From Candidatus Latescibacterota bacterium (lineage in GTDB: Bacteria; Krumholzibacteriota; Krumholzibacteriia; WVZY01; JAKEHA01): a stretch of DNA of 64,000 nt. Within the stretch, counting starts at the first letter, position 1, and each line of letters opens with the position of its first letter. The position numbers and the translations under genes were made by a program. This document shows positions 61,676 through 64,000 of the stretch, in pieces. The DNA lies in NCBI GenBank assembly GCA_963707635.1, contig OY970173.1, forward strand, positions 832,001 through 896,000. Reading direction: 5' to 3'. The notes beneath the pieces were generated by a model that worked only from the letters and a program-made list of their open reading frames with translations, was not told the DNA's origin and did no database searches.

Positions 61676-62983
61676 CTACGATTCGTTGAGGCTTTTCAGG
61701 CTCCGCTGCGCCTTCTCGTTCGCGGGGTCGAGCTCGATCGCCCGTTCCCACGCCCGCCGCGCATCCTCCCGGTTGCCGAGCTTGAAGTACGCGTTGCCGA
61801 GATTCGTGTACGCCGAGCTGTTGTTCGAGCTGCGGCTCAACGCCTCGTTGTACATGTCGACGGCGCGGTCGTAGCTGCCCTGCTTGTAGAACACGTAGCC
61901 CAGGTTGTTGTACGCGGCGTGCAGGTCGGGGTTGAGCTTGATCGCCTTCTCGAACGCCTCGGCCGCCTTGACTTCTTCTCCCAGCTCGGTGTTGACGAGT
62001 CCGAGGTTGTTGTAGCACTCCGCGAACGACTCGTCGCGCTTGACCGCCTCCAGGAACTGCTCGCGGGCGAGCTTGAGGTCGCCGTTGTGGAAGCTGGTCA
62101 CGCCGAGGTTGTTGAACTTCATCGCTTCGCGGCGCTTCGCCTGCATGGTCGCGGGGTCCTCGGTCTTGGTGCGCTTGTCGTTGCGGATCAGGTCCACCAT
62201 TTCGGCCCAGTGACGCTCGAGCCGGTCGATACTCTCGGTCGATTTGGAGATGGTCGACTCGACGCGTTCCACGCGCGGCGCCATGTTCTCCAGCGCCGCG
62301 ATCCGCGTCGCCAGCTGCTCCCACTGGCTCTTGACGAGCTTGAGCCCGTCTTCGAAGCTCACCACCAGATCCGAGACGGTCATGGTGAGGGTCTCGAACC
62401 CGTCGTTGCGGGCGTCGATGGTATCCTTGATCTCCGCGACGCCGTCGCGGATCGAGTACATGGTGTCTTCCTCGTCCTCGCTCGGAATCAGTGACTGGAG
62501 CTTCTTGTCCACGTCACTCTTGAGCTTGGTCATGTGCTCTTCCTGGCGTTTTTCGACTTCGGAGAAGCTCGAGATCATCTCGGCGGCACTCTGGGTCTGG
62601 AACTTCCAGAACTTGTCGAGTTCCTTCGCGACCATGTTCGCGGTGGGGTCATTCTTCTCGGCGTTCGCCGCGCGCTCGGCCTGCTGGTTCGCGAGCTCCG
62701 CCTGCGCGGTGATGCCCGAGAGAATCGCGTCGAAGGAGCAGTCGCCGTTGTCGGCCCGGTAGAAGCGGCAGGTTTCGCGCAGGCAATAGAGGTGCGACGC
62801 CTGCGGGCTCGATTCCTTGGCCTTGGCGTTTCCGCGCGGCTTGCGCTGGGTCTTGACGCCGACCGCGCTGTCGCCGTCGTACCCCAGCACGACGACGTCG
62901 TTGTTTCCGGCCGGCTCGTTGATTTCGAGGACGCTCGTCCCCTCGCTCCCGAGCATGTGCGACATGAACGGACAGATCTTCAT
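61676..62983 (-). CDS. Cys-motif/coiled-coil/TPR protein
   Basis: GGAG RBS; 'KICPF...CLRETCRFY...C'; long coiled coil; four canonical TPRs ('AYNNLG'). Confidence 0.85.
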   Translation of the reverse strand: MKICPFMSHMLGSEGTSVLEINEPAGNNDVVVLGYDGDSAVGVKTQRKPRGNAKAKESSPQASHLYCLRETCRFYRADNGDCSFDAILSGITAQAELANQQAERAANAEKNDPTANMVAKELDKFWKFQTQSAAEMISSFSEVEKRQEEHMTKLKSDVDKKLQSLIPSEDEEDTMYSIRDGVAEIKDTIDARNDGFETLTMTVSDLVVSFEDGLKLVKSQWEQLATRIAALENMAPRVERVESTISKSTESIDRLERHWAEMVDLIRNDKRTKTEDPATMQAKRREAMKFNNLGVTSFHNGDLKLAREQFLEAVKRDESFAECYNNLGLVNTELGEEVKAAEAFEKAIKLNPDLHAAYNNLGYVFYKQGSYDRAVDMYNEALSRSSNNSSAYTNLGNAYFKLGNREDARRAWERAIELDPANEKAQRSLKSLNES

Positions 62984-63097
62984 AACGAGTTCTCCTTGAC
63001 CCCATGCCTGCGACGGCGAGTCATCGCCCCGACGACTCCGCAAAGTATTCGGTGATTTCTAGCAATGTCCGTGCCGCTGTCCCGCGAAGCGGCGCGC

Positions 63098-64000
63098 CTA
63101 ATCGAGCGTTGTCGTTTTTTCGAGCATGGTCGCGGCGCTGGACTGCTCGCTCAGATACTGTTCGTAGTTGCGCTGCGAGAGCCGCTCGTACTCGGCTACG
63201 CCAGGGAAGGCCTTCACCAGCCGCTCGAGCGTCCGCTTGGCGGCCTCAAAATCGTGGGTCGAGCGCTGGCACGCCGCGGTCTTGAACCAGACGCGGCGTT
63301 TCTGTTCGTCGGAAAGGGACGGCGTGTCGAGGGCCACGAACAGCTTCAGCGCCTGCAGCGGCCGGTTCGCGAGCAGCTGGTACTCGGCCTGATAGTAGGA
63401 CCGGGCAAATTCTTCCGCCTCGTTCGCGGGTACGAAATCGAGCAAGTCGTGCAGGTCGTCGACGCGACCATCCTCGGCGGCGCGCTCGAGCTGGGCGATT
63501 CGGGATCCGGCGCCCGGTGTGTCGGGCGCGACCGCGTCGGGGGTGGGCGGCGTCACGATCGCCGGCGCGGCGGCCTCGGGCTCGGAGTCGAGGTCCAGGG
63601 TGCGAGTGATCGGGTCGTTGCCCGCCTGGGGGTCGCCGAGGCCGGCTTCGCCGTCGACATGAAAGAACGCCGAGGCGCCGGCTTCGTACAGTTTCTGGGC
63701 GACGCGGTTGACGTGCACTTCCGTGATTTCGCTCCCGCCGGACAGGGTCGGGCGCTTGCCCGCGGGCGCAGCAGGCGTGGCGGGCACGTCGGGCTCCGAC
63801 GGCTCGGGCGCGCCGGTATCGTCGAGCGACAGCTCCATGGCGTCCATCAGCCCCTTCTTCGGCACGAATTTCTTCGGCGCTTCCGGCTCCGGCGCGGCCT
63901 TCCCGAAACGCGCGTCCACGCCCTTGCGGGGCATGGACGACGTGGTTTCGAACCCGTCCGCGTTTTCGAGGTGGAACTCCTTGTTCTCGAACATCTGGAA
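63098..64000 (-). CDS. C-terminal part of a protein with acidic/Pro-rich linker and TPR-like end; 5'-truncated
   Basis: Open frame runs to the window edge; helical TPR-like C-terminus. Confidence 0.65.
   Translation of the reverse strand, partial: FQMFENKEFHLENADGFETTSSMPRKGVDARFGKAAPEPEAPKKFVPKKGLMDAMELSLDDTGAPEPSEPDVPATPAAPAGKRPTLSGGSEITEVHVNRVAQKLYEAGASAFFHVDGEAGLGDPQAGNDPITRTLDLDSEPEAAAPAIVTPPTPDAVAPDTPGAGSRIAQLERAAEDGRVDDLHDLLDFVPANEAEEFARSYYQAEYQLLANRPLQALKLFVALDTPSLSDEQKRRVWFKTAACQRSTHDFEAAKRTLERLVKAFPGVAEYERLSQRNYEQYLSEQSSAATMLEKTTTLD

Overview
High-GC bacterial chromosomal window with about 50 genes. There is no transposase, integrase, phage gene or CRISPR array. A C-terminal 'TWGAVKALYR' tail and a T9SS/FlgD-like C-terminal domain suggest an FCB-group lineage such as Ca. 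Krumholzibacteriota (inference). Contents in order: a Ser/Thr kinase-FG-GAP receptor fragment; a multiply frameshifted P-type ATPase; a complete kdpFABC-DE locus with an extra upstream exported protein and a 26-aa micropeptide; a cluster of two membrane Ser/Thr kinases, two Npt/TLC-type nucleotide-transporter-like proteins and an atypical-kinase/Omp85 barrel fusion; a sigma70/Crp/two-component block bracketed by paralogous OmpA/MotB lipoproteins and two inverted copies of a ~95-bp TIR element; an M1 aminopeptidase; a beta-propeller lipoprotein; PPK2 followed by signal-less S8 and C25 proteases; nth; a PPIase overlapping tRNA-Val(CAC); a giant STAND/TPR sigma54 activator; rsgA; a TlpA-DUF4266-DUF3570-ApbE cassette; a putatively sigma54-driven FHA/phosphoesterase/kinase operon; csp; and TPR genes. 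The best candidates for undescribed systems are the NTT/kinase-Omp85/STK cluster (14.5-24.1 kb), the covarying TIR element pair, and the S8-C25-small protein module. Several single-base frameshifts are probably long-read consensus errors. All family calls are from motif recognition; no database searches were run.
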